Origin: Squalus acanthias
Lineage: Eukaryota
Direction of reading: 5' to 3'
NCBI GenBank assembly: GCA_030390025.1
Contig: CM059433.1
Coordinates: 2,046,001 to 2,110,000 of the forward strand
Length of the DNA stretch: 64,000 bases
The position numbers were made by a program, and so were the translations under genes. Of this stretch, positions 37,595 to 50,519 are shown piece by piece (the first letter of the stretch is position 1; every line of letters starts with the position of its first letter). Below the pieces are notes generated by a model. That model was not told where the DNA came from. It saw only the letters and a program-made list of their open reading frames with translations, and did not search any database.

Positions 37595-38057
37595 TCAGCT
37601 GTGGCTCAGTGGGTAACACACTTGCCTCTGAGTCAGAAGGTTGTGGGTTCAAGTTCCACTCCAGGGACTTGAGCACATAAATCCAGGCTGACACTCCAGT
37701 GCAGTGCTGAGGGAGCGCTGCACTGTCGGAGGTGCCGTCTTTCGGATGAGACGTTAAACCGAGGCCCCGTCTGCGCTCTCAGATGGATGTAAAAGATCCC
37801 ATGGCCACTATTTTGAAGAGCAGGGGAGTTCTCCCCGGTGTCCTGGCCAATATTTATCCCTTAACCAACATAACAAAAACAGATTATCTGGTCATTATCA
37901 CATTGCTGTTTGTGGGAGCTTGCTGTGCGCAAATTGGCTGCCGCGTTTCCCACATTACAACAGTGACTCCACTTCAAAAGTACTTCATTGGCTGTAAAGT
38001 GCTTTGAGATGTCCGGTGGTCATGAAAGGCGCTATCGAAATGCAAGTCTTTCTTTTT
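37595..38057 (+). mobile_element. Full-length SacSINE1/DeuSINE-like SINE
   Basis: A box tggctcagtgg, B box ggttcaagttcc, Deu-like body, tail aaaggcgctat..aatgcaagtcttt. Confidence 0.88.
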
Positions 38058-38689
38058 CATGGCTGTCTCCTGGAAGTCACATTTGTGTGTGTTTGTATGT
38101 ATGGGCAATAAGTCGGTTTCACTGCAGCTTTTTTGGGTTTTTTTTAAACTAAGGTGTGAATGTAAAGAGGCCCTCTGTACATTGTTGGCTGGGAGAAATC
38201 ATCAGAATTAAAATTCCTAGGAAAAAAATGTTTTATGATTTCTATAGTTTTAAATGATACGTTCATTTGTATGTGGACAATTGTTTCCATTCAAAGAATG
38301 GAGATCGTCATGCTGAAGGTAAGTAAACTAACCTGCATTTACACAGCATTATATTATATAACGTTATATCCCTATTACCTGAAGGATGACAGTTTTTTGG
38401 GGGGGAAAAAGTGTTCATTGATCAAACAAATATGTACAAAATATGGTCTGGAAACATTCTGTGCAGTAGAAAGTCATGTTGCAATTCAGAAGGCACTTTT
38501 GAGGTACACAGTTTCAAGTAGTGTTGGCACTAATTCGTTTGGTTTCTATGCAAAACATTTAACTTGAGAGGGTGCAGCAATTACATTTAAAGTCTACCAT
38601 TTCAGGTAGTGTTGATACTAATGCATTGGTTCCCTTGGAAACATTCAACTGGAAAAGATGCTACATTTACAATGAAAAAGAAAAGGCTT

Positions 38690-41555
38690 AAAATAATGAT
38701 TGAGAAAGACACAATGAAAACAAAGACCAAAATAATAGATTGGAAAAAAGCTAATTTTGAGGGAATGAGAATGGAACTCGGGAAGATAACTGGAAAAAAA
38801 AATTGACAAACAAAGAGAGAGAACAGCAGTGGGAAATATTTAAAAAGGTGATCAATAGAGTTCAGGAGAAATATATTCCGCTAAAAAACCAAGAACAACT
38901 TGCCAATAATGAATAAAGAGATAAGGGCAAAATTGAAACTAAAGAAAAAGGCATACATTCAGTACATAGACAATAGAGGAGAGGATGACAAAAGGGAATA
39001 CGAAGAGGTTAGGTAAAAAGGAAGAAAAAAATAGGCAAGCAAAGAGGAATGGCAAAATTAAATTATCAAGGAATATAAAAAGAAATAGTAAAGTATTCGA
39101 CAGGCACATAAATAACAAAAGGAAAATAAGGATAGGGATCGGGCCACTAAGGAATACACAAGATAAACTCTCGGGTAATGACAGCAAAATGGCAGAAATG
39201 TTGAATAGTTACTTTGCTTCAGTATTTACCAGGGAGACTATCTGGGTGGACATGTAGAAGAAGAGATCACAAAATCTATCAAGACATTTAAGATAGAAAG
39301 GAGGAAGATGATTGCTAAACTCGTTAAATTCAGAGAAGATAAAACCCCATGTCCAGATAGATTACATCCACGCATACTAAAAGAAGCTTGGGAAGAGATA
39401 GTAGAGGCACTATTATATATTTCTAAGAATTCATTCAAAAATGGTACAGTCCCAGAAGACTGACGGACAGCTAATGTGATTCCTATATTTAAAAAGGGAG
39501 ATACAAGTCCAGGGAACTATAGATCAGTTAACTTAATGTCGGTGGTAGGAAAGATAATGGAATCTTTACTCAAAGATGTAATAGAAAAACCTCTAGAAAT
39601 CAAAAATATAATAAAGAATAGTCAGCACGGATTTCAAAAGAGAAGATCATGCTTAACCAACCTTACTGAATTCTTTGAAGAAGTAACAAAGAGTAGACAA
39701 GGGTAATGTAGTAGACGTAATATATTCGGATTTTCAGAAGGCCTTTGATAAGGTACTATAGTAGACTCATGAATAAGGCCAGAGCGTGTGGAGTCAGGGG
39801 ACAAGTAGTAGAATGGATAGCAAGCTGGTTACAAAACAGAAAAGAGAGAGTAGGGGTTAAAGGTAGTTACTCATACTAGCAAAGAGGTGTTCCACAAGGA
39901 TCGGTGCTGAAACTACTGCTGTGCACCATTTAGATTTAACGATTTTGATTCAGGAATCAGAAGTACAATTTCAAAATTCGCGGATGATACCAAATTGGGG
40001 GGTATAGTTAATACTGAGAGGACTGCGACAAAATACAAGATGTTAATAAACTTGCAGAATGGGCATGTAAATGGCAAATTAATTTCAATATAGGTAAGTG
40101 TGAGGTGGTGCATTTTGGCCGGAGGAGTAAGGAGGCCACATACTCCTTGGAAAATGAGACTCTAAATGGAGTGGAGGAGCAAAGGGATCTCGGGGTACGC
40201 ATTCACAAATCACTAAAAGTAGCAACGCAAGTTAACAAGGCCATAATAAAATGCAACCAAAGCGCTGAGATTCATTTCTAGTGGAATAGAATTGAAAAGC
40301 AGGGAAGTTATGTTGAACTGGTATAGAACCTTGGTTAGGCCATATTTAGAGTACTGTGTATCTATCGTTCTGGTCTTCATATTACAAAAAGGTTAAAGAG
40401 GCACTGGAGAGGGTGCAAAAAAGATTTACAAAGATGATACTAGACTGAGGGGTTCACCTAACTATCAGGAAAGACTGAACAAGCTTGGGCTCTTTTTAGA
40501 AAAGAGAAGGTTGAGGGCTGACCTAGTAGAGGTCTCTAAAATTATGAAGGGGTTTGATGGGGTAGGCAGAGAGAAGATGTTTCCACTTGTGGGGGAGACC
40601 AAAACTAGGGGTCCTAAATGTAAAATAGTCACTAATAAATCCAATAAACTATTCAGGAAAAACTTCTTTACAACAACAACTTGTATTTCTATAGCACCTT
40701 TAACGTAGTAAAACGTCACAAGGCGCTTCACGGGTATTATGAGGCAAAAAAATTCACACCGAGCCACATAAGGAGAAATTGGGGCAGGTGACCAAAAGCT
40801 TGGTCAAAGAGGTAGGTTTTAAGGAGCGTCTTAAAGGAGGAAAGAGAGATAGAGAGGCGGAGAGGTTTAGGGAGGGAATTCCAGAGTTTAGTGCCTAGGG
40901 ACGGCCACCAATGGTTGAGTGATTAAAATCAGGGATGCTCGGGGGCAGAATTAGAGGAGCGCAGATATCTCGGCGGGGGGATGCTGGAGGAGATTAGAGA
41001 AAGGGAGGGGTGAAGCCATGGAGGGATTTGATAAGATTAAGAATTTTAAACTCGAGGCGTTGTTTAACCGGGAGCCAATGTAGGACAGCGAGCAGAGGGG
41101 TGATGGGTGAACGGGACTTGGTGCAAGTTAGGACTCGGGCAGCCGAGTTTTGGATGACTTCAAGTTTACGTAGGGTAGAATGTGGGATATGTGGTTGGAA
41201 GCTCATTTCAGGGTCGATTATGACACCAAGGGTGCGAACAGTCTGGTTCAGCCTCAGACAGATGCTGGGGAGAAGAATGGAGTCGGTGGCTGGGGAGCGA
41301 TGTTTGTGGTGGGGACCGAAGACACTGGCTTCGGTCTTCCCAATGTTTACCCAGAGAGTGGTTAGAATGTGGAACTCGCTACCACAAAGAGCAGTTGAGG
41401 CAATTAGCATAGATGCACTTAAAGGGGAAGCTAGATAAGCACATGAGGGAGAAAGGAATATGGGGTTAGATGAAGTAGGGTGGTAAGAAGCTCTTGTGGA
41501 GCATAAACGCCGGCATAGACCAGTTGTCCTGTTTCGGTGCTGTGAATTCTATGTT
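38690..41555 (+). mobile_element. Long degraded CR1 ORF2 copy interrupted by L2
   Basis: [25 protein letters not shown]; 3' end resumes at 41346. Confidence 0.9.
40672..41345 (-). mobile_element. L2 3' fragment nested in CR1
   Basis: LEVIQNSAARVLT..ITPLL..LHWLPV; (CAA)n tail; TSD TTTAC. Confidence 0.9.
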
Positions 41556-42052
41556 CGACAAAAATGACTTGCAAAAGTCTATAGAAGTCTCAACATGCCC
41601 TGGGACCATGCAGTTAAAGAGAAACCGAGTCACAGTCACATCTTTAGGTTAATTAATGGTCCACCTTTATGGAATAAAATTATTAAAGTAAATCTGTTTC
41701 TTTCCTCACTTCCCTGGCTCCAATAATTGGAGTTCAGTGCAGCAACACTAGTGTCAACCAAAAATAAGTAAAACTCCGAGAACTCCATCTTCAGATGTGT
41801 CACAAATATTAATCTCATTCTCAAAATTCTATCAGGAAATGCATCAGGAAAGCTTGTAGACTGCCAGGTCCAGATATATTAAAAGGAATAAAATGTAACG
41901 AGTCACAAGATAAATAGGACAAAGTAAAACTCAATGTTTCACTGCTCTTGTAGATGGCATCACCAGAAATAACGCAAATTGCTGAGGTAAATTATTTAGA
42001 TAACAGCAATAGGCACGGCTGTTTTCGTTAGGTGATTTGAAAGAGGTGTTTA

Positions 42053-42175
42053 AAATTATGAAGGCATGGAACAGGGTAGATAAAAACAGACAAGAAATTA
42101 TAAAGGGATGGAACAGGGTAGATAAAAACAGACAAGAAATTATAAAGGGATGGAACAGGGTAGATAAAAACAGAC
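42053..42175 (+). repeat. 42-bp tandem repeat (about 3 copies) within a CR1 fragment
   Basis: Unit aaattataaagggatggaacagggtagataaaaacagacaag. Confidence 0.92.
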
Positions 42176-43228
42176 TGTTTCCAATGGCTGAGAGGTCGAG
42201 AATAAGGAGGGGGTGAGGGTAGCGGGAAGGAGTGGTTTTCTTTACAGTGTGGCAGACAGAGCATTAATCTTTGGTTCCGTGTAGGAGCTGGGAGAGACCG
42301 ACCTCGGTATTGGACTGGGGGAGGTTTTCATCTGCGGCCAGAACTGCATCTCAGTCAGGGAGGAGGGGAAAGGCCCAGGGGCGAAAGAGAGGCATGAGAT
42401 AGCTCATCTTCTGGGGGAAGGAGCATGTAAATCCCTTCAGTTAGGGGTGTGTGTTAGAATTGCTGATCAGTGACGGGGTAGAGAAAGGCAGTTGGAAGTG
42501 ATACTTGATGGGGCGGAGGGGGCGTCGAGTTGTTTCTTAACATGGAGGATGTGGAGATACCCAATATGCTTCTCAAAGTAGGGGGGAGAGAACAGTTCCT
42601 TGTCACAGGTGGTAGATCTCAGAAGGGAGGTGTGGTGTTATGAATAGCAGTTTTTTTGGAACACGCACCTGGGAGTTTTTCCCCAGTGCTTCACGATCAC
42701 AGTAGTGTTTTTGAAGTTCAGTGGACTTTGTGTTGGGGCCATTAAATGCAGTTTCAATTCTGAAGGTTCTTCCTACTGCCATTTGCCGCCTTAACTGAAA
42801 AATTGTCTTCAGGGATATTAGGGGTCTAAATTATTTGGTGGTTAGATAAAATTTTAAGCTGACTGGAAGGTTTCAGAGAACATTTAGCAAAGAATCCTTG
42901 AAAATGATAACGGTAATTGCCACTTCCAAATGTATGGAGTGGGGTGTGAGAGTTCAACTGCCTGTCACGTACAGTTAAGGGGAACTCCGCTTTTCTTAGT
43001 AAGTCACATAACGTGAGACTCACAGCGCTATCTACAGGCACAATTTGAATAGAATGCTGTTGCCACTCACCCATTTTTAATAAATAAAATAGATAATTTT
43101 GGTCACACTATCCAAAAGAAATTGAAGGCTCCGGGTGCATTGTTGAAAATATTTACTATTAGTAACATACGGAGATTAACCCTAATGCCAACTTCTTTAC
43201 ACTGCAACCGTATTTTTTTATATATATC

Positions 43229-44518
43229 ATCAAGGATAGTCAGCACGGATTTGTTAAGGGAAGGTCGTGTCTGACAAACTTGATTGAATTTTTTGAGGAG
43301 GTAACAAGGAGGGTAGATGAGGGTAGTGCGTTTGATGTAGTGTATATGGACTTTAGCAAGGCTTTTGATAAGGTTCCACATGGCAGACTGGTCACGAAGT
43401 TAAAATCCAGGGCAAAGTGTCAAGTTGGATTCAAAACTGGCTCGGAGACAGGAAGCAGAGGGTAATGGTTGATGGGTGTTTTTGTGACTGGAAGGCTGTT
43501 TCCAGTGGGGTTCTGCAGGGCTCAGTACTAAATTCCTTGCTTTTTGTGGTATATAACGATCTTGACTTGAATATAGGGGGTATGATTAAGAAGTTTGCAG
43601 ATGATACTAAAATCGGCTGTGTGGTTGATACTGAAGAAGGAAGCTGTAGACTGCAGGAAGATATCAATAAATTGGTCAGGTGGGCAGAACAGTGGCAAAT
43701 GGAATTCAATCCGGAGAAGTGTGAGGTAATGCATTTGGGGAGGGCTGACAAGGAAAGGGAATACACATTAAATGGTAGGACACTGAGTAGTGTAGAGGAA
43801 CAAAGGGACCTTGGAGTGCACGTCCACAGATCCCTGAAGGTAGCAGGCCAAGTAGATGAGATGGTTAAGAAGGCACACCGAATGCTTGCCTTTATTAGCC
43901 ATGGCATAGAATACAAGAGCAGGGGGGTTATGCTTCAACTGTATAAAACACCAGTTAGGCCTCAGCTAGAGTACTGCGTGTAGTTCTGGTCACCACATTA
44001 CAGGAAGGATATGATTGCACTAGAGAGGGTAGAGAGGAGATTTACAAGGATGTTGCCGGGAGTAGAGAATCTTAGCTATGAGGAAAGACTGGATAGGCTG
44101 GGTCTGTTTTCCTTGGAACAGAGGAGGCTGAGGGGAGACATTATTGAGGTGTATAAAGTTATGAGGGGCCTAGATAAAGTGGATAGAAAGGGTCTATTTC
44201 CCTTAGCAGAGGGGTCAAAAACCAGGGGGCACCGATTTAAAATAATTGGGGGAAGGTTTAGAGGGGATTTGAGGGGAAATTTCTTCACCAAGAGGGTTGT
44301 GGGGGTCTGGAACTCGCTGCCTGAAAGGGTGGTAGAGGCAGGAACCCTAACCACATTTAAAAAGTACTTGGATGCGCACTTGGGACGCTCTAACCTGCAG
44401 GGCTACGGACCAAGAGCTGGGAAGTGGGATTAGGCTGGATAGCTCTTTGTTGGCCGGCGCGGACACGATGGGCCGAAATGGCCTCCTTCCGTGCTGTAAC
44501 TTTCTATGATTCTATGAT
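43229..44518 (+). mobile_element. CR1 RT plus 3' UTR
   Basis: DFSKAFDKVPH, FADDTKIG; (TTCTATGA)n tail. Confidence 0.95.
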
Positions 44519-44672
44519 ATTCTTAAGCCTTAGTCTCACTGATAAAATGATCTAAATGGGTACTTGCAGGTTTTAAGGTTAAGTGTTAGTATATGTTGCT
44601 GTGGTAAAATGTTTTCAATCACTGCGTCTTGGAACCAGAACCCTTAACGTGACTAGACGTTTCAATTTTTAG

Positions 44673-44902
44673 ATATTCACCGAGAGCCTGCTGTGTTCTA
44701 GTCGTTTGGAGAATATCCGCTTAGCTGGGCAAATGATGCACTGCAGTAGTGTATCCGTCGACCCACCAGTGAGTGCTGCTTCCAGAAACAAGGTGCAGTG
44801 CAAGGTCAACTCTGAGAAAAGCATCAAATTGGTTCTTGCTGCTGCCAGAGAGTATTTTGACTCATCGGCCACCTTGACTGATAACTGCATGGATTTGGCC
44901 AG
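44673..44902 (+). CDS. NBAS: NBAS exon (230 nt): IFTESLLCSSRLENIRLAGQMMHCS...LVLAAAREYFDSSATLTDNCMDLA(R)
   Basis: tttttag acceptor, AG|gtaatc donor; strong NBAS/Sec39-region resemblance. Confidence 0.96.
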
Positions 44903-45039
44903 GTAATCTATGAATTCATTTTATGTATGTATGTATGTTTGGCTTTAATACTTGAGTTTTTTTTCCAAAAAAATGTCTATCTATTAAGATTATGACTGAT
45001 GTAGCACCACAAGAGTTACTAATAGTATAGAACGTGCAG

Positions 45040-46904
45040 GGGTCAAATTAAAAAGAAAATTAGGAATGCAAAGAGATGGCATGAAAAAATATTGGCAAGT
45101 AAAATCAAGAAAACCCAAAGATTTTTATAAATACATAAAGAGCAAGAGGATAACTAAAGTAAGAGTAGGGCCTGTTACAGAGACCAAAAAGGTAACCTGT
45201 GTGTGGAGGCGGAAGACGTGGGTATAGCCCTTAATGAATACTTTGCATCTATCTTCACAAAAGCGAGGAAAGATGCAGACATCGTAGTTAAGGAGAAGTG
45301 TGAAATATTAGATGAGATAAACATAGTGAGAGAGGAACTATTAAGGGGTTTAGCATCTTTGAAAGTAGATAAATCACCAGGCCCGGATGAAATGTATCGC
45401 AGGCTGTTAAGAGAAGCAAGGAAGGAAATAGCAGAGGCTCTGACCATCATTTTCCAATCCTTTCTGGCTACAGGTGTGGTGCCGGACGACTGGAGGACTA
45501 CTAACGTTGTACCGTTGTTTAAAAAATGAGAAAGGGATAGACCGAGTAATTACAGGCCAGTCAGCCTAACCTCAGTGGTGGGCAAATTATTGGAAAAAAT
45601 TCTGAGGGACAGTATTAATCGTCATTTAGAAAGGCACGGATTGATTAGGGACAGTCAGCATGGATTTGTTAAGGGACGTCTTGTCTGACTAACTTGATTG
45701 AATTTTTTGAGGAGGTAACAAGGAGGGTCGATGAGGGTAGCGCTTTTGATGTAGTCTACATGGATTTTAGCAAGGTCTTTGACAAGGTCCCACATGGCAG
45801 ATTGGTCAGAAAAGTAAAAGCCCACGGGATCTAAAGGAAAGTGGCAAGTTAGATCCAAAATTGGCTCAGTGGCAGGAAGCAAAGGGTAATGGTTGACGGG
45901 TGTTTTTGTGACTGGAAAGCTGTTTCCAGTGGGGTTCTGCAGGGCTCAGTACTAGGTCCCTTGCTTTTTGTGGTATATATCAATGATTTAGACTTCAATG
46001 TAGGGGGCATGATTAAGAAGTTTGCAGATGATAGTAAGGAAGAAAGCTGTAGACTGCAGGAAGATATCAATGGACTGGTCAGGTGGGCAGAAAAGTGACA
46101 TGGAATTCAATCCAGAGAAGTGTGAGGTAATGCATTTGGGGAGGGCTAACAAGGCAAGGGCATACACAATAAATGGTAGGATACTGAGAAGTGTAAAGGA
46201 ACAAAGGGACCTTGGAGTGCATGTCCACAGATCCTTGAAGGTAGCAGGACAGGTAGATAAGGTGGTTAAGAAGGCATGCGGGATACTTTCCTTTTATTAG
46301 CCGAGGCATAGAATATAAGAGCAGGGAGGTTATGCTTGAACTGTATAAAACACAAGTTAGGCCACAGCTAGAGTACTCTGTACAGTTCTGGTCACCACAT
46401 TACAGGAAAGATGTGATTTCACTAGAGAGGGTACAAAGGAGATTCATGAGGATGTTGCCAGGACTGGAGAATTTCAGCTATGAGGAAAGATTGGATAGGC
46501 TGGGGTTGTTTTCTTTGGAACAGAGGAGACTGAGGGGAGACTTGATTGAGGTGTATAAAATTATGAGGGGCCTAAATAGACTGGATAGGAAGGACTGATT
46601 TCCCTCGGCCGAGAGGTCAATAACCAGGGGGCATAGATTTAAAGTAATTGGTAGAAGGATTAGAGGGGAGTTGAGAACTTCTTTCACCCAGAGGGTGGTG
46701 GGGGTCTGGAACTCACTGCCTGAAAGGGTGGTAGCGGCAGGAACCCTCATCACATTTAAAAAGTACTTGGATGTGTACTTGAAGTGCTGTAACCTACAGG
46801 GCTACGGACCAAGAGCTGGAGAGTGGGATTAGGCTGGATAGCTCTCTTTCGACCGGACATACACGATGGGTTGAATGGCCTCCTTCTGTGCCGTAAATTT
46901 CTAT
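45040..46904 (+). mobile_element. CR1 RT plus 3' UTR, same subfamily as 43229
   Basis: KSPGPDEMY, VLQGSVLGP, RGDLIEVYK. Confidence 0.95.
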
Positions 46905-48236
46905 AAAGTTAATACCAGACATGATGCTGGTGATGCAAAAGCTGCTACTGCAATTGAAGTTCAATATTCTGTACTGGTCCAATAATGATCAACATGAAAT
47001 ACCAGTCATAAAATCTCCACCTTCTGCTTCCCCTGCTGAACACTCCCAGACAGGGTTGTTGCATGGAAGATCGTGCCTCATGTACATAAGTTCAAATGCA
47101 ATGGAGCATGCAATAAGTCAAACGTATTCAAACTTTTAGTCTTGGAGGTTCACTTAGTTGCATTTGGTAGAATTCCAAGGGCTGCATGTAAACAATAATT
47201 CAAAACACCGCTACTAAATTAAAAACTAATTTTGACTAATGAAATCTACATTAAAGCACCCCTCCCCGAGCTAAATTACAGATATAATTAGAATTTTCCA
47301 TTCATGAAAGCGCAGTGCAAAACACTTGGTCTGTGAAGTTCCAACAGGTAAACACAGCAGAGTAGGAGATACAACTGCGAATGAAGATGGCTGCCTCTGT
47401 CTTCATGGACTGGATAGCAGGGGCCTGCATGTTGCACAAAGGCAGTAAAGCCAGAGTTTTGGAATCCTAGTATTGTTATCCCTGACTTGCCCATTGCCAC
47501 CCTGATCTAATGCACTTTTTTTTTCTGTGCTCCCAATAATTAAAGGGGTTAGATTCAAGCGACGTTAATGATTGTTTCACTTGCCGATGGTTCTACTTTG
47601 TATTGCGATCTAATAGTATCCTTCTTTCCATCCACCCCCTGAGAATTCTGTTTTAAATAAAGCTAGTGACATTAGTTACTACAAAGTTTTAAAATGGAAT
47701 AAAATGCACACATGGAATGAGCTTTTGGGTAGGGGTGTGCTGGAGGGGTGGCATCACAGTTCTTGGCTAAACATGGGGCAAATCCAAGATCTTCTGGAGC
47801 TTGGTGGAAAAATTTACTGTTCAGTCTGGATAGTTGCTATCTCTTCCGTGGCGGGGTGGTAGGGTTCAAGAAGCAACTCTAGGGACACAAGGGATCGGCT
47901 GCTTAACACTGTGGAGGAATATAGAAGCTAGATTTATGAAGCTGTTAAGTTAGCTTTTTTCTGTATAACCTTTTATTCTGCACTACCACCCTGTGAATTT
48001 GCAATGATGCTGAGTTTAAGAGTGAAAATGCAGTTACAATGCTGGGCTCTCAGCTAATGTTATGTGACAGTTTTTTTTACCATTATAAATGCCAGTCATA
48101 GCACCACCTACAGGGGTAACTGGTACTGCAGGTAAATGGTGACACTTTTTTAAAAATGGTTTTTCTATTGACAAAGCCTGATGTAGGAGTTTACAACGTA
48201 ATTTGAGATGGAATGTTGTGAAATACTCAAGGAAAG

Positions 48237-48385
48237 TGGTACACTTTGTTACTGGACTGGTATTTCAGAGGCTTGGACTAATAATCCAGAGAATGTGAGT
48301 TTGAATCTCTACATGGCAGTTTGAGATTTTGAATTCAGTTTAAAAATCGGGAAATAAAAAGTTATCAGTAAAAGTGACCTGAGAA
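48237..48385 (+). mobile_element. 5' fragment of the SINE family seen at 4108
   Basis: gttactggact..agaggcttggactaataatcc similarity. Confidence 0.65.
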
Positions 48386-50137
48386 TTAATTAAAAAAAAC
48401 TCTTACAACATATTGTGTAATCAGTATAAGTTTATTTTCTTTCTCTTTTTCTTTATTTCTCACACACACACGGACATACCCTCTGTCGCTCTCACTGTCT
48501 CTTTTTGCTTCTCTCTCAGCAGAGAGAGAGAGGGAGAGAATCATTTGGCAATCTTAAATTCCACTGATACACCCTGAGAAATTATTCACACTTAGCATGC
48601 TCCAGCTACAGGTCCTGCTTCAGCTGACAGACTCACCACCTTGGAGGAAAAGTATCAAATTCAAGCTCAAAGTACAAGGTCTTAAAGTAGAAACTTTAAT
48701 GAAGGTATCAAAAAAAATTCAGTTGGTATATTTAGTCATATTGGGAAATATGTAATTTTTTGATTAAAAAAAACACTTTAAAACTTTATTTTGGACATTA
48801 GAAAAAAGTGGCAGAATTTTGTATTTGCATAAGCATTTTGAATAATTAATCAATAAAAAGTAGCAATAAAAGTTAACATACAGCTTTCCCATTGATAAAA
48901 TGTTTACTTTGGGTTTTTGCACTGTGACATGTTGATATACAGGTGTTCCAATGCAAAAGTGTGACACAGGAAGAAAGGTTCATGTGTACTGGTGGTGCAT
49001 GCTTTATACAACACTTTTAATATATAAATTTTACACAAGAGCATTGCACACAGTAGCAGTCAGTGTATTATATATTAAAATCTCACTGACTGCTTCTTTC
49101 CCACTGGTTAAATCTGCGCCCCGGTTTTGGAGTTTGTATTCCACTGTGTTAATTTGCTCTGTGTAAGGCTCTCCTGCACTTTCTTCATTGTTTTATTATT
49201 TTTCTCTTTGTATCCAAGCTTTGTCGCACTCTTTTTCTCTGTTGTTGTGCAGTTCTTTCTCCCTCTATCTCATCTCTCTTCGATATAACTCAAACATCTA
49301 TGGCTCTCTGAAATCTTTGTTTACTGATGTATTTAATTTTCCTGTCTTACCTTTTGTTAAAGTACAGAGTGCACAGCAAGATGGCAACCAATATGTATTG
49401 GGTCAATAGTGGGTAATTTGATCGGGTGGGCACAGGTTGTCTGGAAGTTGGTGCAACCTGGACAGGTGAGAAAGAAGCTGGGGCATTGTAGGTTTGGAAG
49501 AAGCCAGGTGGGGAAAATGAACACTGGGCTGGGGTTTGGGAGCAGAGCTGGCTTGCCCGAGGCCTGGTAACCCTGTTGGAATGGGGCCGAGCATCACTCA
49601 AAGTTGAAGTATGCCAGGAATAGAGTAGGGTGGGTTTAGAATGTGTCATCTATTGTGGAAAAGCTGGAAGTGGACAACACTAAGAGGGGGGTGGTCTGCA
49701 GTTTGGCACCACTGAGCTATGAGTTCAAGTGTGGCAGCATAGAGTTGGGTGATTTAGCAACACAGAGAAGATGAAGTCCACAAGCAATTGGGGAGACTGG
49801 GGTCTTATATCACTTGGTGCTGTTGCAAAAACCGGCTTGCTGGTATGTTTTTTTTCCTGTCTCTTTCTCACAGTTCGATAAGGCAATTATTTTTGCCATG
49901 GCTTCCTTATCTCTCCTTGTCCTTTGAAAGTACAGCAAATCTTGCCTGACCTTGTAGCTTTACCAAGGCTAACACAGCAGTTAGTCTTCAGCAGTCTTAA
50001 GCAATTGTAATATCCATGAAAGCTTTCGAACTTGATCAAACTTCCCAACATGCCTTCGGATTTCGGTCAAGAATAACAGTTCTGTATTTTATCCTTTTGT
50101 AATTAATACTTTCAATCAAATTCTGCTCCTTCAGCAA

Positions 50138-50442
50138 GCAACACGGTGGCATAGTGGTTAGCACTGTTACCTCACAGCGCCAGGGACCCGGGTTCGAATC
50201 TGGCCTCGGGTGACTATCTGTGTGGAGTTTGCACATTCTCCCCGTGTCTGCGTGGGTTTCCTCCGGGTGCTCCGGTTTCCTCCCACAGTCCAAAGATGTG
50301 CGGGTTAGGTTGATTTGGCTATGATAAATTGACCCTTCGTGTTAGGGGGATTAAATACGTGGGGTTACGGGGATAGGGTGGGTGCTGGCTCGATGGGCCG
50401 AAATGGCCTCTATCTGCACTGTGGGGATTCTGTGATTCTGTG
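50138..50442 (+). mobile_element. HE1-type V-SINE
   Basis: tRNA head, V domain gtggagtttgcacattctccccgtgtctgcgtgggtttcctccgggtgctccggtttcctccc, CR1-like 3' tail. Confidence 0.9.
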
Positions 50443-50519
50443 TAATCTAGATTTCTAGCTCATCCTTTTAGTTTTCCATGAAAACTGATACTAAAAGTCC
50501 ATATTGAAAAGCCCCCATG

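Noticed and set aside
37595..37670. tRNA-like A/B boxes (also at 50138 and 56519)
   Set aside because: SINE heads, not intact tRNA genes.
37783..38007. ORF similar to the 158-aa ORF at 56429-56905
   Set aside because: Incidental frames through SINE copies.
42053..42175. Repeat array as a CRISPR candidate
   Set aside because: No spacers, CR1-derived, vertebrate context.
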